Shown piece after piece: positions 48,519-58,519 of a DNA stretch of 64,000 nucleotides. The DNA is from an uncultured Geobacteraceae bacterium (GTDB lineage: Bacteria; Desulfobacterota; Desulfuromonadia; Geobacterales; Pseudopelobacteraceae). The DNA is taken from NCBI GenBank assembly GCA_964456065.1, contig CAYVYW010000007.1, positions 14,042 through 78,041 on the forward strand, in the 5' to 3' direction. How positions within the stretch are numbered: the stretch's first letter is position 1; every line of letters begins with the position of its first letter. A model generated the notes under the pieces. The model made no database searches. It saw only the letters and a list, made by a program, of their open reading frames with translations, and was not told the DNA's origin. The position numbers and the translations under genes are program-made.

Positions 48519-49768
48519 CAGGAGTGAGCACCCAGCAGGTGAACGAAGAGACCACTCCGTAACTTCGGCTCGAACCAAGTCGATTTCGGGGGCATAATCT
48601 GGTCGTCATCTGCCAGATCCATTAACTCCTGAATACCGGTTGGGAACATGGAGAAGGCGACACGATAATCCCCGCCATCTACAAGACGAACGAGCTCATC
48701 TACCCCTCTGATACCCCCTACAAAACTGATGCGTTTATCGGTACGGGGGTTTTCTATTCCCAAAACAGGATGGAGCAGGTGATTTTGTAAAATAGAGACA
48801 TCAAGGCGACCAACGGTATTTCCTTCGTCGGCAAGACCTTTCGGAGCGCTTAGGGTATACCAGCGACCATCGAGATACATGCCGAATTGGTGCCGCTCAA
48901 GTGGCGTAACGGCGCATTCGGAAGGCTCGACCGTGAATGTTGTGCTGATTTTAGCAAGGAATGCATCAGGCGCAAGGCCGTATAAATCCTTCACCACACG
49001 ATTGTAGGGCATGATATTGAGCTGACTTTCAGGGAAAATAACGGTCAGAAAGAAATTGTACTCTTCATTGCCCGTGTGGTCCGGATTGGCGGCTTGTCGC
49101 AGATCCCGAACTTTGGCGGCAGCGGCACTACGGTGGTGACCATCGGCGACATAGAGGGTAGGGATGGCCGCAAAGATAGTTGTGATGTGCTGAATAAGCT
49201 CCTGATCAGCAACAACCCAGAACGTATGAGAAACACCATCATCAGTTGTGAAATGGTAGTCAGGGGGTTCATAACTCGCCCCTTGCAGAATCATTTCCAT
49301 TTCCGGGTGGTTTCTAAAAATATAGAAAACCGGTTCATCATTTGCATCGAGAGTGTCGATATGGCGAATACGGTCTTCTTCCTTATCAGCTCTGGTATGT
49401 TCATGTTTTTTGATAATGCCGTTGACATAGTCGTCAACTGCTGAACAGGCCACCAGGCCTGTCTGTGTAATGGTTCCCATCCGCTGGCGATAGATATAGT
49501 AGCAGTCTATGGGGTCTTGTATGAGGACGCCGCGCTCCATGAAAGCAGCCAGATTGGCGGCTCCCTGCTCGTGAACAGATTGGTCGTAAGGATCAACACT
49601 GGGATCCAGGTCGATTTCAGGACGGGAAATGTGCAGAAATGAGGCCTCGTTATCACCGGCCATGGTGCGTGCCTCTTCAACGTCCATAACATCATAGGGA
49701 AGGGCGGCAACCTTTGCAGCTATGTGCATGGGGGGACGAACCGCCATGAAAGGTTTGATAATAGCCAT
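48518..49768 (-). CDS. DUF1015-family protein
   Basis: MAIIKPFMAVRP...ALPYDVM... at the N-terminus and ...LYVADGHHRSAAA... are characteristic of DUF1015. 416 aa. Confidence 0.75.
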   Translation of the reverse strand: MAIIKPFMAVRPPMHIAAKVAALPYDVMDVEEARTMAGDNEASFLHISRPEIDLDPSVDPYDQSVHEQGAANLAAFMERGVLIQDPIDCYYIYRQRMGTITQTGLVACSAVDDYVNGIIKKHEHTRADKEEDRIRHIDTLDANDEPVFYIFRNHPEMEMILQGASYEPPDYHFTTDDGVSHTFWVVADQELIQHITTIFAAIPTLYVADGHHRSAAAAKVRDLRQAANPDHTGNEEYNFFLTVIFPESQLNIMPYNRVVKDLYGLAPDAFLAKISTTFTVEPSECAVTPLERHQFGMYLDGRWYTLSAPKGLADEGNTVGRLDVSILQNHLLHPVLGIENPRTDKRISFVGGIRGVDELVRLVDGGDYRVAFSMFPTGIQELMDLADDDQIMPPKSTWFEPKLRSGLFVHLLGAHS

Positions 49769-50700
49769 TAGGAGACTCCTGCCGGTTGGAAATAGCGTTT
49801 CGCTCCCACGAAGCGCTTGGAAAAATACGGTTCGGAAACCGAGGTGATTTTTATATCCTCACCACGGCGCGGGGCATGCACAAAGCGACCATTACCAACA
49901 TAAATGCCGACATGATTGATGGAGTGCTCGGATGCACCGAAGAAGACGAGGTCACCATCGCGCAGATCAGCTAACGATACCGCATTACCGGTTTGAAACT
50001 GATCACGGGAAGTGCGGGGGATGTTAACGCCACAGAGGTTGTAAACTGCCCGTACGAAGCCGCTACAATCAAGACCATCCACCACGGTGTTGCCACCCCA
50101 TTGATACGGTATCCCTACGAAACGCTCAGCTGTTCTGGCCACAATACTGCCCATGTCCTTTTCTCCAGGACGGGTCGCTATGAGTGGCTTCTCGGCTGCC
50201 GGCTCGGCTGGTTTCGTGCTTGCTGGCGGTGGTGGCTCAGGTTTTTTACTCGCAAAGGGGGAGCTTATGGCGGGCAGACGGGTATCCTGCATCTGCTTCG
50301 GTAAAGCCTTTACCGCTCCATCCTTGAAGACAACTTCATTAGGGGGAGTAACATAATAATGATCAATGACCTTGTCTGCCACAAGTTTACGGGCCGTTAC
50401 CAAGGCCTTTTCCCGGGTTGGGAAGCTGCCAAAACGCACCGCATAAATACCGTTGTCCTTACGGTAATAGAAGGCATCAAGCCCCTTATTCTGTAACTGG
50501 TTAGCCAGCCGTTCCGCATTTTTGACATCGGAGAAGGCACCCAGTTGAATGGCATACCCTACTTTGGTAATGCCCTTAACTGCTGTGGTTGCAGGAGCAG
50601 GGAAAGGCTTTGGTGCTGCCAGTAGTTGGGATGTCTCCAGCATGCCGGTGGCAACTGCTATGGCAGTTACAACGGCACATACCCGTTGTTTAGTCATCAT
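49768..50700 (-). CDS. SPOR-domain NlpC/P60 (C40) peptidoglycan endopeptidase
   Basis: Signal peptide, SPOR (YAIQLGAFSDVKNAERLANQL...YAVRFGSF), a Pro-rich linker and NlpC/P60 (YQWGGNTVVDGLDCSGFV...HVGIYVGNGRFVHA). The start at 50700/50697 overlaps the prfB 3' end. Confidence 0.85.
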   Translation of the reverse strand: MMTKQRVCAVVTAIAVATGMLETSQLLAAPKPFPAPATTAVKGITKVGYAIQLGAFSDVKNAERLANQLQNKGLDAFYYRKDNGIYAVRFGSFPTREKALVTARKLVADKVIDHYYVTPPNEVVFKDGAVKALPKQMQDTRLPAISSPFASKKPEPPPPASTKPAEPAAEKPLIATRPGEKDMGSIVARTAERFVGIPYQWGGNTVVDGLDCSGFVRAVYNLCGVNIPRTSRDQFQTGNAVSLADLRDGDLVFFGASEHSINHVGIYVGNGRFVHAPRRGEDIKITSVSEPYFSKRFVGAKRYFQPAGVS

Positions 50701-51809
50701 CACGCACCTCACGTCGTACTCCCATTAAGAAGGGAAGAACAAACTGGTCGAGTTCCCCATCCAATACCACATCTGGCTGGGATGATTCTACACCGGTTCG
50801 TAAGTCTTTTACCATTTTGTAGGGATGGAGGACATAGGAACGGATCTGGCTTCCCCAGCCGATATCCTTTTTCTCGCCCGCCAGTTCACTGGCCTTGGCG
50901 TTTCGTTCTTCCATCTCACGTTCATAGAGTTTCGCCATCAAAACCCGCATGGCGGTTGCACGGTTCATAATCTGACTACGCTCAGACTGGCACGCCACCA
51001 CAATACCAGTTGGCAAGTGCGTAATACGGACCGCTGAGTCTGTTGTATTGACGTGCTGGCCACCAGCACCACTAGAACGAAAGGTGTCTACCCGCAAATC
51101 AGACTCGGGGATTTTTATTTCTATTTCCTCCTCTGCAATCTCTGGGAAGACGAAAACAGATGCAAAGGAGGTATGGCGACGGTTGTTACTGTCAAAGGGG
51201 GAAAGGCGTACCAGGCGGTGGACTCCAGCCTCAGCTTTGAGGTGACCGTAGGCATACTCCCCACCCACGGCAAACGTAGCTGATTTAATACCTGCTTCAT
51301 CGCCATCTTGATAGTCGGTGAGGGTTACCTTCCAGCCTTTTTTCTCACTATAGCGCATCAGCATGCGTAGGAGCATACCGGCCCAGTCCTGGGACTCGGT
51401 ACCACCGGCTCCAGGGGTTACGGTAATAAAGCAGCTGTTTTGATCATGGGTGCCCGACAGCATACGCTGAAATTCCATCAGATCAACCAGCGTACTGAGT
51501 TCATGCACGACCTGCTTAGTCTCACGCAGGGTTTCAGTATCAGAGGCTTCACTGCCAAGTTCAATCAGGACGTTTATATCATCTGACAGGCGAGCGGCCT
51601 GCTGAAATTGTGTGACAAGTTTTTCTAAGCCCGTTCTGGTTTTTAGGATTTCCTGCGAGCCACTGGGATCATCCCAGAAGCCGGGGGCTGCTATGGTGGC
51701 ATCGAGTTCAGCAAGTCGTTCCTGTGTCCCTTCAAGGTCAAAGTGACCTCCGAAGCGATGCAATACGACGGGTGAGATCATCAAGGGCACTGCGTTCGTC
51801 TCTATACAT
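50690..51809 (-). CDS. prfB: Peptide chain release factor 2 (programmed +1 frameshift)
   Basis: Frame 0 from ATG 51809 gives MYRDERSALDDLTRRIASLRRSL, then TGA at 51740-51738. The +1 frame continues DLEGTQERLAELDATIAAPGFWDD... and carries SPF and GGQ (SSGAGGQHVNTTDSAVR). The track ORF 50690-51790 is the +1 frame. Confidence 0.93.
51737..51752 (-). promoter_or_regulatory. RF2 autoregulatory +1 frameshift site
   Basis: The minus strand reads CGG AGG TCA CTT TGA C. An internal SD-like GGAGG lies 3 nt before the slippery CTT, followed by TGA C, matching the classical prfB recoding signal. Confidence 0.88.
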
Positions 51810-51823
51810 ACCGTACTTTCCGT

Positions 51824-53389
51824 TCAGCGGTGTTTTGCATTGTTTGTACCTTTTTTCTGCCGCCACTGCAATATCAGAATCCAGCCACACAGGGACAAAC
51901 AGAGCCAGGCGAAGATGTCGCCAAACTGTTGATAAAAGCTTGTGCCCGTGCCCGGCGTAATACTCTGGGTAACCACGGCTTCACGAAAGAGGTCACTGTG
52001 GGCCACAATGACGCCGTGTTGGTTAATAATGGCTGAAATACCGGTATTTGCAGCCCGAACAAGTGGTGTTCTGTTTTCAATCCCACGGAAAACGGTCATG
52101 GCCAGATGCTGATGCGGAGCTGATGAGCGGCCGAACCAAGCATCATTTGTGACATTTACCAGTACTTTGCTGCCGGCTTCAGTGTAGCGCCTGGCAATCT
52201 CAGGGAAGACTGCTTCATAGCAGACCAGGACGCCGACGGCTGTGTTGGCCATTGGTAAGGTACGGGCCGTTGTCCCTGGGCTGAAGTCTCCGATTCCAGC
52301 TACCATCTTTTTGACAAAGGGCAGCATGGAGGCAAGGGGAACATACTCACCAAAAGGGACAAGGTGTAGTTTGTCTGCCCGTCCGATTTGGCTCCCATCG
52401 GGCCGCAGTAAAAAAGCACTGTTGAGATAATGGGTACGGCCTTGACGCTGTTCAGTGGCCGGACTACCAAACAGAAGGTAACTTCCCAGTTCTCTGGTTA
52501 GGTTTTGAATCTGTTCTGAAGAGGATCCACGCTCCTGAAAATTGAAAGGTGCTGCACTTTCGGGCCAGACAACTAAGTCAGGTCGTGAAGGTGCGGCAGT
52601 ACGGCTCAAACGGCTAAAAATATCCATGGTGGTATCACGGTATTCCGGTGACCATTTAACCGATTGATCGATATTTGCTTGAATCAGTGCGACTGTCATA
52701 GGGGGGCCGCCATGCAATGGCTCGTTTAGACGGACGTGGCCATACCCTACGCTGGCTGCAAGACAGATTGCACTTATGATGATGGGGGGTGAGACCAAGG
52801 TGGTTTGTAAGGCTGTCTGGCGGTGCACGATGAAGAGATACAGGCTGCTGTTGACGAGGACCACGAGCGCTGTAATGCCATAAACACCCATAAGATCAGC
52901 CATCTGAATCAGGGAAATCATACGATACTGACTGTGGCCTAGCATGGTCCAGGGAAAACCGGTTAAGAACGTCGCCCGCAAAAAGTCTGCAGCAACCCAG
53001 GCCGCTGGCATAACAAGCCAAATCGGGATGTTGTGACGTATGGCACGTGGCAAAAAGGAAAGGGCGAGACCATGGAAGAGCCCGAGCCAAGCGGAAAGAG
53101 CAAACCAGAGTGGGATAGTGGCATACCAGGGAAGATTGCCATACTGCCCCATAACAATCATGACCCAGTAGACCAAAAGGGCATAGGTTAAAAAACCGGC
53201 AAACCAGCCGGTACGAAAGGCCTGTAGTGGTGTAAGTCCTTGGGCAGCATACAATAGGGGAATCAGTGCAAACCAGGCCAGGTATGGTATTTCAACGGCG
53301 GGAAAAGCACCCGCATAGAGTAGGGAACTTACCAGGCAGAGGAAGACCATGCGTAGTCTTCCTCCGTGACGGGGGATGCAAGCTTTCAC
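51824..53389 (-). CDS. lnt: Apolipoprotein N-acyltransferase
   Basis: N-terminal polytopic membrane domain plus a C-terminal CN-hydrolase domain (LVVWPESA...VCYEAVFPE...NDAWFG). GTG 53389 (GTGA overlap with corC) or ATG 53350 is the possible start. Confidence 0.88.
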   Translation of the reverse strand: MKACIPRHGGRLRMVFLCLVSSLLYAGAFPAVEIPYLAWFALIPLLYAAQGLTPLQAFRTGWFAGFLTYALLVYWVMIVMGQYGNLPWYATIPLWFALSAWLGLFHGLALSFLPRAIRHNIPIWLVMPAAWVAADFLRATFLTGFPWTMLGHSQYRMISLIQMADLMGVYGITALVVLVNSSLYLFIVHRQTALQTTLVSPPIIISAICLAASVGYGHVRLNEPLHGGPPMTVALIQANIDQSVKWSPEYRDTTMDIFSRLSRTAAPSRPDLVVWPESAAPFNFQERGSSSEQIQNLTRELGSYLLFGSPATEQRQGRTHYLNSAFLLRPDGSQIGRADKLHLVPFGEYVPLASMLPFVKKMVAGIGDFSPGTTARTLPMANTAVGVLVCYEAVFPEIARRYTEAGSKVLVNVTNDAWFGRSSAPHQHLAMTVFRGIENRTPLVRAANTGISAIINQHGVIVAHSDLFREAVVTQSITPGTGTSFYQQFGDIFAWLCLSLCGWILILQWRQKKGTNNAKHR

Positions 53390-54240
53390 GGGACGGTAGA
53401 ATGTACGTCGCCGGTATGTGGTTCGATGCGGACTCGTTTTACTTTGCGTGGGTCTGCTTCGAGAATGGTTATATGGAACTGTTCACTGTCGATATGGGTA
53501 CCGGCGGTCGGAATGCCGTCGGCCAGATGCACCACCAGTCCGCCGACAGTATCAAATTTCTCCCGTTCTATGGTAATACCCAGCAGGTTTTCAAGCTCTT
53601 CAATCGGGAGACGGGCATCGGTGGTGAGAGAACCATCGGCATGTTGTTGATAGAGATCCTCTTCCATGTCGTATTCATCCTGAATATCACCGACAATTTG
53701 CTCGAGCAGGTCCTCAATGGTGACCAGGCCGGAGGTGCCACCATACTCATCCACCACGATTGCAAGGTGTACCTTCTTCCGCTTAAACTCCTGTAAGAGC
53801 AGCTCAAGTGTTTGTGTTTCGGGGGTAAAGAATGGTTCTCGGGTGAGTTTCCGCAGGTTGATGCTTTGATTTGATTCTCCCCAGTGTTTGAGGAGATCTT
53901 TAGCATAGAGGAGGCCAATAATGTTATCGAGGGTCCCCTCATAGACGGGAATGCGTGAATGGCCGCAGGCTAGAATAGCATTGACGGTCTCGGGAATACT
54001 GGCATCGACACTAATGGCGGCCATGTCCGTACGGGGAACCATAATCTCACGGGCAATCGTGGAATCAAGCTCGAGGATGGCGCTGATCATTTCGCGCTCC
54101 TCTTCGTTGACAATTCCCTCTTCCTCACCTGCTTCGATCAGGTCATGAATCTCTTCTTCGGTGATTTTTTTACGACCCGATACCATCCGGGTTATGGCTT
54201 GCAAAAGCCCCCCGGGCCTTCGACTACTGCCTTCGTCCAC
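53386..54240 (-). CDS. corC: CorC/HlyC-family CBS-domain protein
   Basis: EEREMISAILELDSTIAREIMVPRTDM, a CBS pair and a C-terminal CorC_HlyC domain (VHLAIVVDEYGGTSGLVTIEDLLEQIVGDIQDEYD). Confidence 0.88.
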   Translation of the reverse strand: MDEGSSRRPGGLLQAITRMVSGRKKITEEEIHDLIEAGEEEGIVNEEEREMISAILELDSTIAREIMVPRTDMAAISVDASIPETVNAILACGHSRIPVYEGTLDNIIGLLYAKDLLKHWGESNQSINLRKLTREPFFTPETQTLELLLQEFKRKKVHLAIVVDEYGGTSGLVTIEDLLEQIVGDIQDEYDMEEDLYQQHADGSLTTDARLPIEELENLLGITIEREKFDTVGGLVVHLADGIPTAGTHIDSEQFHITILEADPRKVKRVRIEPHTGDVHSTVP

Positions 54241-54254
54241 GACGATTGTCTCCT

Positions 54255-54725
54255 TTAGCTTTGCGGTATGCTGGTTAGTCCTTCTGACGTCAGCAACTCC
54301 CAGAGTGTGCGTTCTTTACGTTGCATTTTTCGAGCTTCAATTTCACCACTTCGCTCATGATCATACCCACACAGATGTAAGATACCATGCATCAGGAGGT
54401 AGAGCATGCGTTGGTAGCCATCGAGTGCCGTCTCCTCTGCTTCCCGATGGGCAGTATCCGCTGATATGACAACATCACCAAGGGTGTTAACAGTAAAACC
54501 ATCCATCTCCCCCTCCAACTGGGAAAATGAGATGACGTTCGTTGGACGGTCCTTACCGAGGTATTCGCGGTTCAATTGCCGCATGCTGCGGTCACCCACA
54601 ATCAGAACCGAAAGCTCGGTATCGTCAGGACATCCCAAGTCGCTTAAGATCCTCTGTGCCACTTTTCGTAGCTGGCGGATCGGGACTGGGTGGCGTCGCT
54701 GGCGGTTCTGAATCAGGATGTGCAT
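54255..54725 (-). CDS. ybeY: rRNA maturation endoribonuclease YbeY
   Basis: MHILIQNRQ..., ...GKDRPTNVISF... and the zinc motif HGILHLCGYDH. Start at ATG 54725, not the track start at 54830. Confidence 0.9.
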   Translation of the reverse strand: MHILIQNRQRRHPVPIRQLRKVAQRILSDLGCPDDTELSVLIVGDRSMRQLNREYLGKDRPTNVISFSQLEGEMDGFTVNTLGDVVISADTAHREAEETALDGYQRMLYLLMHGILHLCGYDHERSGEIEARKMQRKERTLWELLTSEGLTSIPQS

Positions 54726-57024
54726 GTGCTTTTTTACCTCCGTTACTTCCCTTGTGGACCGGCTCCGGATACTCAATACGGTGATGAAAAATTGCGCCAA
54801 GAATGCGGTTGAAGCTCTTTGCAATTTCATGCAGGTTTTTGAGTGTTAATTCACACTCGTCAAGCTGTCCGTCGGCAAAAATCTTATTGATAAGCTTTTG
54901 AACCATACCCTGAATGCGGTCTGGCGTTGGGTTTACCAACGTGCGGGAAGCAGCTTCTATAGCGTCTGCTAGCATGACGAGACCAGCTTCACGGGTTTGT
55001 GGTTTAGGGCCGGGGTAACGGAACTCCTGTGGGTCGACCTGACTACCGGTGGCTTCCGCCTGCGCTTTGGCCCGTTCGTAGAAAAACTTGATTAAGCCGG
55101 TTCCATGGTGCTGCTTAATAACATCAATAATCGGTTTCCCGAGGCCATGGGCTTTTGCAAGTGACTCCCCATCTTTAACATGGGATATCAGAATTAAGGC
55201 ACTCATGTGGGGTGTTAGCTTGTCATGGCGGTTTTCACCGCCTTGCATGTTCTCAATAAAGTAAAGAGGCTTGGTGGTCTTGCCGATATCATGGTAGTAC
55301 GCACACACTCTTGCTAAAAGAGGATTTGCGCCGATGGCTTCAGCAGCAGCCTCAACCAGATTGCCGACAATAACGCTATGGTGGTAGGTCCCAGGCGCTT
55401 TGATCATCAGCTCACGTAAGAGTGGTGAGTTAAGATTGGCAAGTTCCAGCAGCTTGATATTGGTAGTATAGCGAAATAATGACTCAAAGAGTGGGGTGAT
55501 AGCAGAAACGACCATTGCGGAGAGTAATGCACTGACCAAGCTGAAGATGGCCACATAAAGTGTCTGTACAGAGAACAAGTTGCTATTGATGGTCTGAAAG
55601 CAGAGCCCCATAGCCAAATTGACGACTGACAGTTTGAGGCCGGCAGTATAAATGACACTCCGGTTCTGGCAGTAGCGAACCCCGTGGGCACCGACAACAG
55701 AGCCAAGGAGTGCATACATCCCGATGAAGAGATCATTACTAAAGAGCAATGCCACCATTGGCGCCATAATGACGCAGTAAATTAGAGCCACTTCCGAGTT
55801 AAGCAGAATTCTGACAATCATTGCACCAGCGGCAAAGGGGAACAAATAAGCATAGGTTGACGGGGCAATTGAAGGGAAAGCCACCCCGATATTGGAAGAA
55901 ATAGTCTGCCCAATTCTGAAGATAAAAATACTACTGACTATTAAGAGAGCTATTGCTAACAGATCGGTATTGGTGGGGTTAAACTTTCTGATATTACGCG
56001 TGGCAAAGCGGTAGGGGAAGTATACCATAACCAGCGTGAAACCGAACAGGCCGACAATACTGTATAGTGTCCCTTCACCAAGGCTTGCATCATGCAGTAG
56101 CTTTAGTTTATGTGCCTGCTCACTGGTAATCCGATCTCCGACCCGCACAATCATCTCACCTTTTTGAATACGGAAGAGAACCGGCTTTACATCACGGGTA
56201 ATGGCAGCCCGTCGTGCTTCCGTCCCTTCTTGGTCGAAGAAGGTGTTTGGTTTAAGGCGTTTGGCTGAAAGAGCCAGGAGATGACGTGAGACATCCTCAG
56301 GGACCGAGGAGAGCCGCTGGGTGCTGATAATACGTCTTGCCTCACCAATTTCGGTATAAGCGGTACTTGCAGCAGACCCTTCAAGGCAGGTGCCACCAAC
56401 CGTGCAAATTTGAATTCCTTTGCTAGTATCAGCACGGAAGACTTTCCCGTCGAGTACAATCCGGCGGCGGTAAAGTTCCTGGAGGCGTTGCTTCAGTTCC
56501 TGTAAGACTGGTGCTGCCTGTCTGACCTTTAAAAGGGAACGTAACTCCCCTTCGGCGAGTTGGACGCCAAGCACGGGCTCAAGCAGTTTACGTAAGTCAG
56601 CAGGAGAAATGCTTGGATTTTCAGCACGTCGCGCTGCAGTAATATCAAAGGCCTGTTTGAAGCCGTTGACCAGCATGTCATCAATGGTTTCAGAGTAGGT
56701 ATAGACCACCGGCGCAGTAATCAACGCTTCTTTACGCAGCTGATTAGTGATGTCTCGGTCTTCCAGCAGATACTCTTGGTTGGCTCGTATGTCCGAGGTT
56801 GCAATATCTCCGGGTTTGTAGGATACCGTTGTGAGATGGTGGCTCGGCAACAACAAGAGCGTCAAGATTAGAGCCGTAGCCACGAGCAAAAGCATGCGAT
56901 TACGCTGAGCTATTTCCGGTATAGCCGCACGATTAGCAAGCGAATCAAGAATACGCTTTACCTGAAGGGTCAGACGGGACTTCTTATCGACAGGGGGGGT
57001 ATGGTTAGATGTGGTGTCAGACAT
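54625..57024 (-). CDS. 7TM-HD membrane phosphohydrolase (PgpH/YqfF-like HDIG protein)
   Basis: Extracellular N-domain, 7 TM helices and an HD domain (HHSVIVGNLVEAAAE...YYHDIGK...HHG). The last roughly 34 codons overlap ybeY. Confidence 0.85.
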   Translation of the reverse strand: MSDTTSNHTPPVDKKSRLTLQVKRILDSLANRAAIPEIAQRNRMLLLVATALILTLLLLPSHHLTTVSYKPGDIATSDIRANQEYLLEDRDITNQLRKEALITAPVVYTYSETIDDMLVNGFKQAFDITAARRAENPSISPADLRKLLEPVLGVQLAEGELRSLLKVRQAAPVLQELKQRLQELYRRRIVLDGKVFRADTSKGIQICTVGGTCLEGSAASTAYTEIGEARRIISTQRLSSVPEDVSRHLLALSAKRLKPNTFFDQEGTEARRAAITRDVKPVLFRIQKGEMIVRVGDRITSEQAHKLKLLHDASLGEGTLYSIVGLFGFTLVMVYFPYRFATRNIRKFNPTNTDLLAIALLIVSSIFIFRIGQTISSNIGVAFPSIAPSTYAYLFPFAAGAMIVRILLNSEVALIYCVIMAPMVALLFSNDLFIGMYALLGSVVGAHGVRYCQNRSVIYTAGLKLSVVNLAMGLCFQTINSNLFSVQTLYVAIFSLVSALLSAMVVSAITPLFESLFRYTTNIKLLELANLNSPLLRELMIKAPGTYHHSVIVGNLVEAAAEAIGANPLLARVCAYYHDIGKTTKPLYFIENMQGGENRHDKLTPHMSALILISHVKDGESLAKAHGLGKPIIDVIKQHHGTGLIKFFYERAKAQAEATGSQVDPQEFRYPGPKPQTREAGLVMLADAIEAASRTLVNPTPDRIQGMVQKLINKIFADGQLDECELTLKNLHEIAKSFNRILGAIFHHRIEYPEPVHKGSNGGKKAHAHPDSEPPATPPSPDPPATKSGTEDLKRLGMS

Positions 57025-57083
57025 GAATGCCGTCAGCAGCAGATGGTGGCAGTATGGTTATATAAATAGTACATAATGGTATT

Positions 57084-57113
57084 AGTATACCTTTGATGGC
57101 ATAAGCCTGTCAA
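57084..57113 (-). promoter_or_regulatory. Candidate sigma-70 promoter of the pgpH-ybeY-corC-lnt operon
   Basis: The minus strand reads TTGACA (57113-57108), an 18-nt spacer, then TATACT (57089-57084). This is about 60 nt upstream of the ATG at 57024. Confidence 0.5.
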
Positions 57114-57139
57114 ATCTTTACGACGTTACGATTTTAAGG

Positions 57140-58519
57140 CTAAAAGGCAGCATGCCGAGGGGTGCGGGGGAACGGCAATACATCTCGAATGTTTTCCATG
57201 CCGGTCAGATACATTAAAAAGCGTTCAAAGCCGAGACCAAAGCCTGCATGGGGTGTGCTACCCCAGCGGCGTGAGTCGCGATACCACCAGAGTGAGGCCG
57301 GATCGATACCGCTGGCCTGCATCTTGGTATCAAGTCGATCAAGGCGTTCTTCCCGCTGACTACCTCCAATCAGCTCACCAACACCGGGGACCAGAAGGTC
57401 CATGGCGGCAACGGTGCGGCCATCATCGTTGTCACGCATATAGAAAGCCTTGATGGCACGGGGATAGTCCAGTATGAAAACAGGGCCACCAACCACCTGC
57501 TCGCAGAGATAGCGCTCATGTTCCGTCTGTAAGTCGGCTCCCCAGGATACGGGATAGCTAAATCCGCTTGGTGCTGCTTCAAGATGGCGTATTGCTTCGG
57601 TATAGCTCATGCGCTCGAAGCTATGCTCAGCAACGGAGCGAATACGCTCCAAAAGGCCTGGCGCAATCATACGGTCAAAAAAAGCCAAATCCTCAGGTAA
57701 GTCCTCCAGTGCACGGCGCAACAACGCTTTAACGAAGGTTTCAGCAAGATCGGCATTGTCTGCCAGGTCAGCGAAGGCCATTTCCGGCTCAATCATCCAG
57801 AACTCGGCGGCATGTCGTGGGGTATTGGAGTTTTCTGCTCGAAATGTTGGACCAAAAGTATAAATTGCACTGAAGGCCTGGGCAAAGAGCTCACCTTCAA
57901 GCTGTCCGCTGACCGTGAGGGCTGTTTTTGTCCCAAAAAAATCATCCTGAGGTGAAGCATGGCTCCCTGGCTCATGGGTGGTGACGTTGAACAGCTCACC
58001 GGCTCCCTCGCAGTCACTGGCTGTAATTATCGGGGTGGTCACGTAAAGAAAGCCCTGCTCGGCGAAGAAGCGATGGACAGCCTGTGCCATTGTGGAACGA
58101 GTGCGAAAGACCGCGCCAAAGGTGTTGGTGCGCGGGCGTAAATGAGCAATTTCTCTTAGATACTCGAATGAATGTCGCTTCTTCTGTAGGGGGTACTCTG
58201 GGTCACTATCACCAACTATCGTGATTGTGTGTACCTGTATTTCAAGCGGTTGGGGGTGGCCAGGAGTCAGGTGGACCGCGCCGGAGGCAATGATGGCGGC
58301 ACCGGTACCGATGCGGGTGGCGCTAGTGTAGTCCTCAAGGAGCGTGGCATCCAGCACGAGTTGAAGTCCGGCAAGTTCGGATCCGTCATTAAGAGTTATG
58401 AAGGCAATATGTTTTCCGGCTCGATTGGCGCGTACCCACCCCTGAACCGTTACCATGCTTCCTTCAGGTGGTGGGTTGTGCAGGAGCTCCTTCAAGCGGA
58501 GGTCACAGCGCAGACTCAT
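57140..58519 (-). CDS. asnS: Asparagine--tRNA ligase
   Basis: N-terminal OB-fold (VTVQGWVRANR...IAFITLNDGS), class II motifs, and the AsnRS-typical ITASDCEGAGELF. ATGA overlap with the rluB stop. Confidence 0.88.
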   Translation of the reverse strand: MSLRCDLRLKELLHNPPPEGSMVTVQGWVRANRAGKHIAFITLNDGSELAGLQLVLDATLLEDYTSATRIGTGAAIIASGAVHLTPGHPQPLEIQVHTITIVGDSDPEYPLQKKRHSFEYLREIAHLRPRTNTFGAVFRTRSTMAQAVHRFFAEQGFLYVTTPIITASDCEGAGELFNVTTHEPGSHASPQDDFFGTKTALTVSGQLEGELFAQAFSAIYTFGPTFRAENSNTPRHAAEFWMIEPEMAFADLADNADLAETFVKALLRRALEDLPEDLAFFDRMIAPGLLERIRSVAEHSFERMSYTEAIRHLEAAPSGFSYPVSWGADLQTEHERYLCEQVVGGPVFILDYPRAIKAFYMRDNDDGRTVAAMDLLVPGVGELIGGSQREERLDRLDTKMQASGIDPASLWWYRDSRRWGSTPHAGFGLGFERFLMYLTGMENIRDVLPFPRTPRHAAF

